64,000 nucleotides of DNA from assembly GCF_003704095.1 (NCBI RefSeq), contig NW_020843530.1:62001-126000 (forward strand). Direction: 5' to 3'. The translations under genes were made by a program, and so were the position numbers. Positions 39,637 through 50,700 of this stretch are shown piece by piece. The notes under the pieces were generated by a model. That model searched no databases, was not told where the DNA came from, and saw nothing but the letters and a program-made list of their open reading frames with translations. The number at the start of each line of letters is the position of its first letter. Position 1 is the stretch's first letter. The DNA comes from Pocillopora damicornis (taxonomy: Eukaryota).

Positions 39637-42600
39637 TTATGTCTTTCTAAATGACTTGAGGATAGGATAGATGTTTTCGAAGGCTTCATAGATTTCTGAA
39701 CGCACTTTGGCACCTATAGGACAAATAAACATGTCAAAGGGTAACAGTCAGGGAAACCTGAGGAGATGCTGGTGCAACTAGCGATGGACAAGGATCACAT
39801 CCAAAGGAGGAGGAGGGGAGAGTACCAAAACACCTACTTCATGCTTTGAATTCACTTTAAGTTACCAAGAAAAAAAATGAGCCCCAAACAATCCTATGAC
39901 AGCTACACATGAATGCCAGTCAGTCTCAGTATGATTAGAAACCTAAAGCTTCTAGAGTTCTGAATTAAATGGTTTGGTGTGGGTGATAGCTACCAAAAGG
40001 AAGTTGCAGCCAGCACTGTACGTTGCAAATGTATCAAATGTAACAGTGAGCTACTATTGGACATCTGTTGTAAATAACAATTTGTAAATGAACCATTTAG
40101 AGACAAGTTAATACATCCTCATTACCAATTGTATCACATTCCTATAAGGGAAAGAAGGATTCTCAAAAATGTACCTTGCTCATAACAAGTGGCTTTGTAG
40201 CTCAGTTAGTGGTAGCACTGTACTAGTAGCATAGTAAATGTACATGGTAAATCGCAGCTCACCCTTGAAGATCATTGATCAACATAAATATGATTTCTTA
40301 CCTGTCAAAACCACCTTCCCTGACACAAAAATTAATAACACAATTCTTGGCTTAACCATTCGATAAATCAGACCAGGAAACAGCTCTGGTTCATAACTGC
40401 AAAATTAATCAATACACAAAACAATAATTTATTCCATAAGCATTATCTAAACATCTTAAATAAAACATTGAGAGTAATGGAGTACTTGATGAACACAAGG
40501 ATGAAAAAATGTGAAGAATTATGCTAATCAAAGGAGAAAATTTGTTTGTCTTAAAAATCTCACCATTAATCCCATATCTGTCATTTATTTAATCCATAGC
40601 AAATTAAACTCTTTTCTAAGACATATGGAAATTGGCCACCATTCTCCACCCTCCCAGTGAGCTTGAATTTGGCCATTTCATTACTGTTTGCAGTTCTTTT
40701 TTTTGCGGAGGATGATGGTGTCCACAGTTTATGCATGCAGTGCATTCTATCCTTATGCAATTTAAAGCTTAAATCTAACTAAATTCTAATTCCTTTTACC
40801 ATTATGGTTTAATAAAGGCCTATATAATATAAACAATATACATGAAAAAGGTAGATCAACCACACTTTCAAAAATGGGTACATTCTACATTCCAGAATTA
40901 AATAGTTTGTTGAGGCTATCATATCAGGACAAATTTTTTTTCCTACAGACCATAAAGGAACAGTACATCCACAATGGAAAATATAACACAAAAAGAGAAG
41001 AGAGATATTCATATGCATCACTATTAATCAATTTTCTGAATTTGTGACCTGGAAAACTGTCCATGGGCTAACACCAAGCCTTCAAGTCGAATTGGGAATC
41101 TCACATCACAGCTACCAACCATGTTCTGAATTTTGAATTCTGTAAACTTTGCCTAAACAAAAGACATTAAAATTTTAGGTCATATCTCTGTTTGCTTATA
41201 CACAGGATGCATTTTGAAACTCGTAGTTAACAGCTACACACCCCATACAAAAAATCAATTTTGCAAGCAGTCTGGCCAACAGTGATGGTATTGAATAATT
41301 AAAAAAATGTAGGTCTATCCAAGGAGATAGCTAAAAATCAATAAAAAAGCGATTAACACATTTCTTGAAAATTATTTACTGTAACAGAAGAAAAACCAAC
41401 TAAATCAAATGTTTTTTGGCATTTTCGTTGTGTTAAAAGCCAATTAAAAAATAACAAGATCACAACATGTAATCACAAACCACAAAAACTTATCACTTGT
41501 GGTCCTTAAAGTTTTGCTATTTCACTTTCTCAATTCTCCCTGACAAAATACACAATCCAGTTTAAAATGGTTCAGATGCTCCATGTTTACTGGAATAGGT
41601 TTTGGATCAATTTAACAACTTGCTGCGAGTGCCTTCAACACTTTGGAGTCAAAATACCTTACTGTTTGGGGAGTTTTTAAAGGAAATGCTCTCAAATTTT
41701 CCTCCACAAATTAATTTGTTCATTAACCAGTGATTTTAAGGATACCAGTGTTATGATTAGCTAAGGTAATCATAATACTATATGTATTATACATTAATTT
41801 TCCAAAAAGATGGCTGCCATGCAGTCTCTTTCTGTTCCTAAAGTTGAAACCAGATTTATTGAAAGGAAATGAAAAAAGCTGCCTTAACACTATCCAGAGT
41901 ACCAATACCAATGAAAGTTCTCAAATAATAAAACAGGAAAGCAAGATATATTCATCTTATTGGTGACTGAAAAAAGTTTGATTAAAATCTCTTTTAATTA
42001 AGATTGCAAGCATACAAACAAGAATTTTACTCACTGGAAACCCAAGCTTCTGTACCACTCTGGCATATTTCCTTGCAGCTAGTCTTGATTGGTCTTCACT
42101 AAGGAAAACATAAAATAACACTTCAGAAGTCTTTTTAACAGCCTTCAAAAGTGCAATCATCTTAAGAATAATATGAAAGAGTCAAATTAAGTTTACAGAG
42201 AGTTTTAAATGGATAAGTTTAAAATGAACCAAAACCTAACCTAAGCCTCCATATATCCTTTCATTTACCCATGGTAGCTTTCATTTGAATTGGTCAGAAT
42301 TTGAAATTTTAAAGCAACCAATGATAATAAGAGCTAAAACTTGTTGCAATTGAATAAGACACCAGTCAGTTTATGATCTCAATTTTAAAAAATTATGTTC
42401 TCTGAGTTGCAAATACCTTTTTGCTCCTGTGCAAACCATTTTTCCAGAACTGAATATCAATGCAGTTGTCCTTGGCTCTCGTATTCTCATGATTACAGCT
42501 GCAAATCGCTGAAAATTGACAAAAATAATTCAGTGTGCAGAGCTCTAGAAAACAAACACTTCTGTTACAAATAGTTCAAAAGCTTCTGTATAAACTTAAA

Positions 42601-45600
42601 ACATGTTACTAATAAAAGTGCTACATGTACAACTTACCTTTGGATTGTATTCTGCATTCCTTGCATGAAGAGCAATCTTCTTCAAGTCTAACTTACAGCC
42701 AAGATTTACAGTGGACACAATATTTCTATCAAAACAAAATATTGACAGCTAGAGATCGACTATATATACTATTGAAAGATTTCCTTTACAAAAATTTTAA
42801 GTAAGAATTAAAAAAAGTACGACTACTAATTAAGCACTTAGTCCACACTCCAAGTATGGCCACAGATCCTCTTCCACCAATGCACCCACAATTTGGAATG
42901 AACATTTGAGACTGACAGTGAATCTGACTTCTTCATACGTGATCTTAAGAATTAGTTATCAGCCAGTTAACACAAATCTTTAATTTAAATTTGATGTACA
43001 TCACTTTATAAGTTAAGAATGATGTGCACCTTTATAAGGTTATTACTGTATACAGTCATATTCTTTTCATCATTATTATCATCATTACTATTATTGTTAT
43101 TGTAGAATGATGTTATCATTATCATAATAATTGTTTTTGTATATAATTTATACCTTCAACTTGTTAATATTGGCACAAAACAAATTGCTGGAAAGATTTT
43201 TTACCAGTTTTTTTAAATATAGTAGTCTTATTTTATTTTTTTAATCAACTCAAGTTTTACCGTATTACTTCAGCTATAAGCTGAGTGATTTTTTCAGTAT
43301 TTGACACAAAAGTCTGGGAGATTTTTCACAAGAAACGGGGTTCTGCTCATAGCCAAGGGTTTGGGATCAAAAACAAGTACAATTGCAAATTTAAAGTTAA
43401 TGTGAAATGACCATAAATTCTGCGACTGAAGCGCTCTTTATGTGACATGTTTTAAAAATGTTATGACAACAACCTATTTCTAACCACCAATCAGATTCTT
43501 TGCTTCCCATGCATTGAAAGATGATCTCACTCAACTCTGCAAAGCTCTTCTCATTTCTATTGGTCTCACTGCTGTGAAAACCACTCCATCACTTGCTCTA
43601 CTAGTTCTACTGATCTCTTCTCCAGTGTCGCACCATGGACTTGCTAAGTCCATAATCTCGAGCGATTTCTGAGTTGTTTGCAACAGCTTCAGCTTCCGCA
43701 ATAACATTTACCGTCACTGAAAGCCATAATACATGAAGAGCGATGTACTTTTGGCATGATGAGAAAAATAACAGTGACGAAAGAAATACTCAGTTGAAAT
43801 GCTTGTCAGGTTACAGTAACTGAGGGTGTTGTGTTTCTGCAGTTGCATAGTAGTATTTACATCTTCACTGATTCATTTTTTTCTTTTGTGTTTATTATAA
43901 TTCATTAGCTTTTGTGTTCAGTGAACCATTTCCCAATGTTTTCCGTTAGGTTCGCTCACTCAAATGGCTGTTGACAATCAAGAATATCACTCTCGGCTTA
44001 TAGCTGATGGTTTTGCTTTTTTCTTGGACAACACGAGTCTGCTGGAAGGTCTCTAACTTTTAGGGTCTCGGCTTATATCCAAGATTGGCTTATAAGTGAA
44101 GAAATACAGTAAATTTAAAATTACACAAGTATCCTCATCATTGTAATTATTATTAGTATATAACACGCAAGTGAATAGAGGTTTTTGCACCTGCTGATTG
44201 GCTGGTGATTATCATTATTATCATTACCATTACTAACAGAATCCAAATTTTTAACTTGTCATTATTGGCATAAAAGAAATTGTACAGGTGTATGTATAGT
44301 GTGTAAGACTTTGCACATGAAAGACAACATGCAAAACCATGGAGGAAAAAGATGTAACCCAAGTATCATTATATACACCTGTGCATATGATTATTACAAG
44401 TACTAAGATATTCTTTATGCTCAGAAGGCAAAATAATTTGATAATGCATTTGAGACATTAACAAGTGTATCTCTTTCTAGCTGTTCCACTGAATAAACAT
44501 TTAGCAAGTACAAGCCTGAATAGTACAAGGAATTTAAATAGTAGAGTAACCAATTATACACTCACTGTAGTTGAGGTACAATCCCAGCTTGTTCTGCTGT
44601 CATAGGAGTCATAGGTGTTAGTGGTGGCATTGGACTGGGTGTGGGTGGATAGGTACTCAGGCCCCCAGGCAAAGATGTCGTTGTCTGTAAACCTGAAGAC
44701 CCAGCTGACAAAAGACCTCCATGGGACTGTGATAGAAAGTTAGGATTAAATTAAATGGTTGTACAACATATCAACAAGATGATACCATTTAAGTGAAAGG
44801 AGGATCACCCGGCTCATTACTCTGGTATAATGTTTGCAAATGTGTTCAATTCTCTTAAATAAAATCACCATCACCCTTATAATTAAGCCTGCGGCCATAA
44901 TAAAAACCACAACTTTGTTAAGACAAATGCACCTAATACATGTAAATGTCCTCAGAAGGGATGCACAATCAAATACTAAGGAATTACCTTTGAGCAAGTA
45001 ATCACACACTTTTGAGTGCAATTTGAAATATACAAGGGGTTGCTGATAGCAAGTTAAGTGCTGTGAGGGGATAAATGAATTACAACAGTAACACAACTGG
45101 CTTTATTAGCACAACTGTACATTTACAAAAAGTATTACAAAAATCAACTAAAAAAGTGTAGCAGGTTTTTTTACTTACGTTGCTAACGATTTGTCATGTA
45201 AATCAAAGCAAAATGAAACACTGATAGTAAAGGCAAATAGCCTCTGCGATGTTAACGTGTTTTCATTTGCATTAATTTGTGCCTTGACGTGCTAATCGTT
45301 TTAGCCGACTGTTTCACGGCCGCAAAAAGGCAACTTCAAATCGAATTTTTCGCAAATAACAAGAAGTGGCGTAAAATAAATACCAAACCAACTCCTCTAA
45401 AGCTAACTAGCAATGAATGCAAATGAAATGACAGTTTAAAGCTTCAGACCCCCTTTTAACCTATTCACGTAAAAACTTGAGCATGCATAACGTTTCATGC
45501 AAGGTACCATAAGAAGGAGATGTTTATCGCTTGTTTTATCGTTTACCAACATACGACCGAGTATCATAACGTAGCGTAAAAGACAAGAAGCTTGTCAATA

Positions 45601-46044
45601 CTGAATATTCCAGAGTTGTTCTTCAGGCAATTTGCTGGTTCACAGTAACTCTACTTAGTTTAAACATGTACTGTCTAATGTCATTTACATTATATAGGGA
45701 GACAATTTTGTGGGAGCGAAAGCAATCACAAGACCTTAGTCCTTGTCATATGCATAGTGACAAAAAAGGGAAGAATAATTCAAGCTCATTCACAGGTAAC
45801 AACCAAAGAAATTACTCCATGGGAATAAAACCGCCGCCGACACAGGTACGAATCAGCACGGATTAATAATAAACAAGACTTTCCCCTTGAAACGTCCAGT
45901 CTACGTACATTTAGTTAATTAAGCTTAATTTTTCAACTTATTCATCCTATTCCAGAAAAATTTCGGATGGCAGCTCCGACTTACCTGGACTGGGGCACTT
46001 GTTCTGTATCTGTTATCGTCATTTGGGTCTAATCTGTTGTCCAT
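39637..46044 (-). CDS. TBP: TATA-box-binding protein, 246 aa
   Basis: Exons (minus) 45985-46044, 44566-44726, 42638-42725, 42417-42508, 42035-42098, 41049-41152, 40302-40396, 39637-39713; 741 nt, open. Contains [97 protein letters not shown]...[56 protein letters not shown]. An in-frame upstream ATG at 46242 makes the start uncertain. Confidence 0.97.
40184..40270 (+). mobile_element. tRNA-derived SINE head remnant in the last TBP intron
   Basis: GGCTTTGTAGCTCAGTTAGTGGTAGCACTG is A-box-like; the B-box is decayed. Confidence 0.45.
43260..44109 (-). mobile_element. Internally deleted pogo-family (POGK-like) DNA transposon in TBP intron 2
   Basis: TA|CCGTATTACTTCAGCTATAAGC ... GCTTATAAGTGAAGAAATACAG|TA (TIR 18/22). 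The frameshifted minus-strand remnant at 43560-43757 reads MPKVHRSS.../[48 protein letters not shown], i.e. a Brinker-type HTH plus the start of a CENP-B HTH. Confidence 0.8.
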
Positions 46045-46320
46045 TTTCTCGACTTCAATTCTCAAGTTGGCGGTTCGAACTGAGTAGTAGCGAAGGAAAT
46101 TTTTATAATGGCACCGCTTGTACGACCGAAGTGCTTTATGGGAGTATGATCCAGTGCTTTTACGGTTCGTCCTTCTTGCGGTCGTCCCAGGAAGTCGCAT
46201 CACCGTAAACAAGCAATGAATAACTTTGCTAGGGGGAGCCATTTGTGCCAAAATTATCAATCGCTTGTGATGAATCTCAATCGTTAGTGCTAAAGCATCA
46301 ATTTTCTTCCTTTCCGTTTA

Positions 46321-46331
46321 GCCGCCATATT
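46321..46331 (-). promoter_or_regulatory. YY1-like motif in the CpG-rich TBP promoter/5' region
   Basis: GCCGCCATATT matches CCGCCATNTT and reads AATATGGCGGC on the TBP strand, about 280 nt upstream of the ATG at 46044. Confidence 0.4.
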
Positions 46332-46443
46332 ATTTACAAAATCGGTATATTAAGTATCTGCCAACAACACGATGATAAATATGACGACTCGTTGCACGAT
46401 GGAGACTAATGGCTGTCCCCTTCAGGAGTTCCCGTTAGACTAC

Positions 46444-46654
46444 TTTACCCTTTACACCCTTAGATCAGTATGCATATTCTCCATAAAGTACGCTACACAG
46501 TTTCTGAGGTACCCGACAACGAGAATTTGTTTAACAATCAAGAGCCTCCTCAGTAGGCAATCATTTCATTTACTTTCGTGACCTCTTTGTGACTCAGGGG
46601 TGACATTGTAAGGAGATATTTGATGCTCCTCACTGCTAGGAGTTAGAGGGTTAA
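46444..46654. mobile_element. About 210-bp MITE with CCC...GGG ends and TTAA-like target
   Basis: TTTA|CCCTTTACACCCT ... AGGAGTTAGAGGG|TTAA; internally homologous to 61164-61341. Confidence 0.7.
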
Positions 46655-47741
46655 CAGAGCTCTACGAGTTTTATAGTTTCCGCGTTTTTCAAAACATAGG
46701 AAAGGGTACCAGCCGCCTCTTGCATTGCCTCACGGCTACCGATGGAATATGGGGAAAGAATCGTAGCAATTGAGGGCAGGCGGAGAGGGCCTTTCCTTAC
46801 TCTTTGCGGTACTCCTCCTAAGATCTCCTGGGTTTAAAGAAAAAAAATACCGGTCTCCCGAACAGTTAACTTGGTCTCTAAATTTCCAAAGACTGATATC
46901 TCTACAATGGGGTTCATTTTCCTTTCTGTATCCTTACACCTTTCGGGGGTCCCCACTAAAATGTCGATGGACGAAAGGGGAAGGGGTGTACTAGTCCCCA
47001 TCTACGCGTCGGAAAAAAGCATTGTAAATTCGGCAATGACTGCTACATAAAAGTGAAAAATCTTTTTGCTTCACTGAACTTATTTCAAACTTCTCACATT
47101 TATGATAAAAAGTTACTCACTTTATTTCTTCGAGACTATATACATGCTGGTCCTACGCTTTAATAATTTTGGAGTAAAGTTGTAATGGACAAGTACTCCA
47201 CAATCTTCATTGCACTTAATGTCTTTCGTAATATCGCTATACCTGAATTCTATTTTCAAGTGTAACACATACAACTTAGTGCGAATCGAAGCGACTTCAG
47301 CCGCCCCACAAGCAATAAATAATTACATTTGATGCTTATTCTTTTTTTTTTTTAGTTTTACTTCAAACTAATTCAAGGCAAAGCAGATTCGCTTTCCACG
47401 GTAATAAACGCTGCTATTTTTTTGCGATATTCGGCGAGATATTGCTTGACTGACGAGTGAGCCTTGAACAAAGTACAAAATACACTGATTTGACTACTTA
47501 AAGCGAATGATCTAGCATAATATCGTGGGCGAGATTTTTTTTGTCAAGTAGTTAAAGTTTGCTTTGTCTCCGTGTCTTAAGCAATGTTACAGGAAGTACT
47601 AACTACGCGAGAGAGAAGACATTATCCTCTCCTTTAAGCTTATTCCCCATTAAATAGAAAACGGAGAGGAGAAAGACTACCGTTCTTCAGTTTTGTTTTT
47701 CTCTCAGGTTCTTGGTTAAATCTTCACACTTCTTTGCGGAT

Positions 47742-50700
47742 TCATATTCGTCTACTTCGAGTCGTACGAGTCTCTGTCGCATCTAGACCCATGTCGGAAT
47801 ACTGCGTCTCAAAAAAGGCCGACAACCGAATCCCAGCTCGGGCTTCTTTGCCTCGTGGCCGACAATATTCCGAACAGTTGATGAACACTTGGCGAACGTC
47901 GGCGGCGAAATCCTCCACATAATCGTATGCCTTGGCAGCTAAATTTTGCTTGATGGTTCCTAAGTCCATAGGCCTTTCTATGATCTCCAAATAATCAGGG
48001 TTCTAGGACAAAAAATTAAAAATAAAAGGAAGTGACGGAAGTTATCCTAATATAATTATAATGCATAGTCTACCAAAATAATTTTCGTACCCATTTGTAA
48101 ATCTTGAAGAATTTGGCTAAATTTTCCCGAGTTTGCGACTTGTTACCGAACCCTGTTCCCTCCAGGCTTATTGCAGCTTGTTCTTTTTATTACTGCTCTC
48201 TCCGGAAACTATTATCAAGGGTTTCAACCAGGGTTTCAATACAATTACTGGGAATTTACAGTGACCAGGCCTCGTTCCCAAAGAAGACAATAAAAAATGT
48301 TGGGGTAATTTAGTATTGCCAACTGAGTTGATATCGTAAATTGGCCACCGCAAAGAGTTTCAAAGCTGACGTTTCGAGCGTTACACACTTTACACACACA
48401 CTTTATTTTCCTTTTTCTTACAAAACAATCTTAGAGCGTTAACCCTTCGTCAGAGCGATGACGAATGGCTGACACTCGAAACGTCAGTTTTAAAACTCTA
48501 TACGGTGGCCTATTTCCGTTATCAACTCAGTTAATAATACTTATGTAAAAAGGCAAAATTGGCATCAAGCAAGAAGTTTCTGTTTATGTGTTTTTTTTAG
48601 ACTTATTTCAGTGTTGGAAAATGAATGCACATAGCACATAAGCACAAACTTTTCAGCAAAAAATAGTAAAAACTAGTTGATAATTCAGTCCTATTTCTTT
48701 GGCGGTCTTACTTTAAAAGTATAGTAGGTGACTCTAAGTTTGTAATTTGGCACTTTCAAAACCTCTTTCTTGATAGAAACTAAAGGTGTAAACAACTTGT
48801 ACTTTTCACCCTCCTCACTAAATCTCTAATCAGTTAACTTATATGAACAGCAGGTAGTACTCTTGGGGGCGGTAACTTGGGTACGCCCTTTCTTCTTCGA
48901 ATTATCTGTTTATTCTGTTGTTATGTAACTATCTTCAAAGGCTATTTTCTATTTAAATATCTTTTTAAGTGTAATAGTGTAATTCTTATTTCGTCGATGG
49001 GTTCTCTGTAATTTTTTTATTACCATTCTTGTTTTTGTTTGGCCGACCCTCACTGCAATATTGTGAAATTTTAGGTAGAAAGTCGTTTTGGAAAGAGTCA
49101 ACATGCGGGATCTGTTTCACGTAACTTAACATAATTCGCTAAATAAGTGAAAAATAATGACGATGGTCAAAGATTGACAGCCTGGTGACCGTCACCTTCA
49201 TAAGCTGGTGACCAACACTTTCCTTCGGAGTGTAGAGCTAAGTTCCGAGCTAGTTATTTGCGTTGAGTTTTTAAGGAAGAAATAACGAAAGTATCGACAA
49301 TAAAATTACCCTGTTATACTCTCCCACCCACGCAGCAGCACAGGTTTTTTTTAAAACTTATCCCCTTAATAAAAAATGTTGATACGTAGCTCAACTTGTC
49401 TTAAAAGCGCAAAGTTATTTGTTAGTTACAAGATTTGTGAAGGAGAATGGTCTACTTCCTAGGGATCGAAGCTTATCCTAAATTAGATCCTAGATCAATT
49501 TTTTGGCCACAGTTAATGGTTTACCTCATCGACATCCACAGGTTCAATGAAGGGCCAGGCGTCCTCGTGTTTAATCATCTCGTTTAGCAACTTTTGGCAC
49601 AAAACAAACTTTGTTCCTAGCCTAGGATCTTTCCTCCCAGAAGCCTTTTTACTCGGCTCAGATAGAGGCATTGGAGACGAGGACCGAGAAGAATCGAGAG
49701 AACTTCGACCACGGCCACGCGACGCTATCTTAACAGTGCGTCTCTGACTGGATTTCGACGCAGGCGACGGAGAACGAGATGATGCTGAAAGTGACGAAGA
49801 AGAGAGTCGCCGCCGCTTAGTGGACTTGTCAGTTTTGGTGCCAACTCTTAAATGCGGTGGAGGTGATGGAGAAGACGATGGTTGTCTTTTCCGACTCTGA
49901 CTGTTGGTGTTCTTTGCTTGCCTGCTGCTCTGACGGGAATTGCTGCGGGTAGCTTTCCTTTTCCCGACCTTGATGCTCTGCTGAAGACTTCTTTGGGCAG
50001 CTGGAAGTTGCAGAGTAAAGAGATAAGGATTTAATGGCACTTAAGAAGGTGCTATACCGTAAAACTCGAAGCATCAATCTACACAATTCACATCAACGTC
50101 TTCGTTCCATGTCTTCTTTATTCCTCGCCAAAGTCCACGAGATACTTTCGTGTGAAAAATGGATGTTGGACTTTCGCGTTTACTTCATTATCTCATCATA
50201 ATGATAACTATTTATCCTATTTTCTTTTATTTTCATATTTTTCCCCTCTCCTCCAACAATGTTTGATCAGTCGGTAGCTTTGACTCCTCTACCGACAACT
50301 CTGATAAGATAAGAAATGCTTCGGGGGTGAGAGAATAAGCACCACCTCAGTTTCATGCTTAACCGATAAATTCCCATGAGTGACCAAGACAGAATTTCTT
50401 CTTAAAATATCATACAGTATCAACCAGGCAAGTGATAAGAATAAAAAAAAAAGATCAAATAGGGCATTTGTAATTGATCCAATATCAAATTCTCCGAACC
50501 AACATCATAAGAATTGCATGACAGATAGTAAAGAGAATTACTAATGAGATCTTGGGAGTGAAAGAGTTACCGGGGTTAGTTATCTGATACCATATGCAAT
50601 GGACGGGATAAAAGGAAACCGCACTGACTCTCGGAAAACCGACTCATCTGAATAGGAGGACATAACTTTGCCTGAAACAAAAAACTATTCTCTGAGTTTT

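Noticed and set aside
46930-46995. Hairpin with GGACGAAAG and terminal CTAG (hammerhead or Helitron end)
   Set aside because: No CTGANGA core on either strand and no matching Helitron 5' end.
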